From positions 1 to 57,011 of the forward strand of contig JAFGAK010000166.1 of NCBI GenBank assembly GCA_016933745.1: DNA of 57,011 bases. The letters are read 5' to 3'. The notes beneath the pieces were generated by a model. That model was not told where the DNA came from, searched no databases, and saw only the letters and a list, made by a program, of their open reading frames with translations. This document shows, one piece after another, positions 56,082-57,011 of this stretch. Within the stretch, counting starts at the first letter, position 1, and the number at the start of each line of letters is the position of its first letter. The stretch comes from Bacteroidales bacterium. GTDB taxonomy: Bacteria > Bacteroidota > Bacteroidia > Bacteroidales > UBA12170. The position numbers and the translations under genes were made by a program.

Positions 56082-57011
56082 CTATTGAATTGCTCTCAAA
56101 CGAGTATTTCCCTTGTATTGAACTATTTGAGCATTCTCTAATTTGAACTGATTTACAACATAATTTAAGTAGGCTTTTGCCACATTTGCCTCTTCAAATT
56201 TGCCAATGGTGTAATAAAATTTGGAATCGATATTGAATTCAGTAATTTCTTCGTTAGCGACTTTACTTTGTAATAAATACAAAGGGATTGGTTTCTCATA
56301 AGCCATCGCAATTTCGATTCGATAAAAAGTTTCGGAGCTGATTGCTTTCGGCGTATTGTTCGCAGTAGCGGAATGCAAGTTGCTTGTTTGGTTGTTTGTA
56401 TAGGTTCCTTTGGGCTTTGTATGGGAAGCGATTGATTTACGAACTCCATGTTCATACAGTACAATAAAAGCATCTTTTATTTGATGTTGATTTCTTACTT
56501 GTGTTAGGAGCTTTTCTGCTTCAACCAGATCAGAGCTAGCATAGATATTATAGCGAAACCAGCCATCGGCTTGAGAGATAAATAATGCTTCTTTTATTTG
56601 ATGCGCATTTTTGTAATCGTCTAAATTGCTGAGCATCGTTCTACTAGCCATAATTTGGATACGGTAGATTTTGGTGGAATCTAATTCTGGGTTTAAATGA
56701 GCCTTTTCCGGTTCTTTTGCAGCGCTTTTTGTGTTTGATTCCTTATTGAAAACCTTGCTTTTTTCAGCAGTTGTTTGATTTGAAATCTCTTTTTGTAACG
56801 CTTTATCTTGATCTATTTTGTCTTTTTCTTTTTTCGGAAGTCCTTGATACCATTCGTCTTCTGATATTATATTGGCATATTTCGCAAATTTAATGGGATA
56901 GGTTTTTCCTTTTTGGTCAGCTATTTCTCCTTCAACTAGAATAGGATAGGTTCCTTTTTCAATTTCAGACAATTTAATAGAGATCGGAATAGTGATGCTG
57001 TCTTGATTCAT
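56082..57011 (-). CDS. Protein with two SPOR-like domains, probably 5'-truncated by the window edge
   Basis: YRIQIMAS...DAFIV and FYRIEIA...YYTIGKF...NAQIV repeats; no signal peptide visible at the edge. Confidence 0.65.
   Translation of the reverse strand: MNQDSITIPISIKLSEIEKGTYPILVEGEIADQKGKTYPIKFAKYANIISEDEWYQGLPKKEKDKIDQDKALQKEISNQTTAEKSKVFNKESNTKSAAKEPEKAHLNPELDSTKIYRIQIMASRTMLSNLDDYKNAHQIKEALFISQADGWFRYNIYASSDLVEAEKLLTQVRNQHQIKDAFIVLYEHGVRKSIASHTKPKGTYTNNQTSNLHSATANNTPKAISSETFYRIEIAMAYEKPIPLYLLQSKVANEEITEFNIDSKFYYTIGKFEEANVAKAYLNYVVNQFKLENAQIVQYKGNTRLRAIQ

Noticed and set aside
825-56473. Numerous short overlapping or antisense ORFs in the track (e.g. 4464-4763, 9424-9810, 17571-17966, 29401-29817, 41674-41991, 51539-51874, 53481-53735)
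   Set aside because: They shadow well-supported genes on the other strand or frame and show no recognisable motifs.
1-57011. CRISPR arrays, tRNA/rRNA genes, transposases, integrases, invertible promoters
   Set aside because: None seen by eye. The repeated motifs found are dispersed operators and terminators. A tRNAscan/Infernal run would be needed to exclude small RNAs.

Overview
AT-rich Bacteroidota chromosomal window, judged by its SusC/SusD pair, T9SS C-terminal domains and TAnnTTTG -7 promoter boxes. Left flank (1-7300): an alginate-export-type porin gene broken by one in-frame TAA, several membrane/hypothetical genes, and an arsR-arsE-arsF-arsG-arsP-like cluster with two copies of a GTTCGT-N6-ACGAAC operator. 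Core (~7460-47130): a ~40 kb pectin (homogalacturonan-type) utilisation locus. It contains a hexuronate catabolic operon (kduI kduD uxaE uxaC kdgF kdgK kdgA exuT), a LacI regulator, a 15-gene run (GH28, SusC, SusD, DUF5123 SGBP, PL9, esterase, DUF4861, exported cupin, GH105, Gfo, GH43, PL10-CE8, Tat-Gfo, CE12, esterase), and three T9SS cargo genes: PL1 with a CBM77-like module, a small non-catalytic protein, and a 1610-aa multimodular CE8. One palindrome, TGYAATCGATTRC(A/C), occurs six times; five copies abut a -7 promoter box, which ties all transcription units into one inferred LacI regulon. Right flank: an O-antigen ligase-like gene, a frameshifted and truncated sensor beta-propeller pseudogene, and housekeeping genes (mnmE, sucD, TrmH-type, rplI, rpsR, rpsF, radC, rpsT, SPOR protein). 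The best candidates for undescribed biology are the giant CE8 plus stand-alone module pair with a shared atypical CTD, and the exported DUF4861/cupin/Tat-oxidoreductase set beside GH105. All family calls come from motif recognition by eye; no database searches were run.
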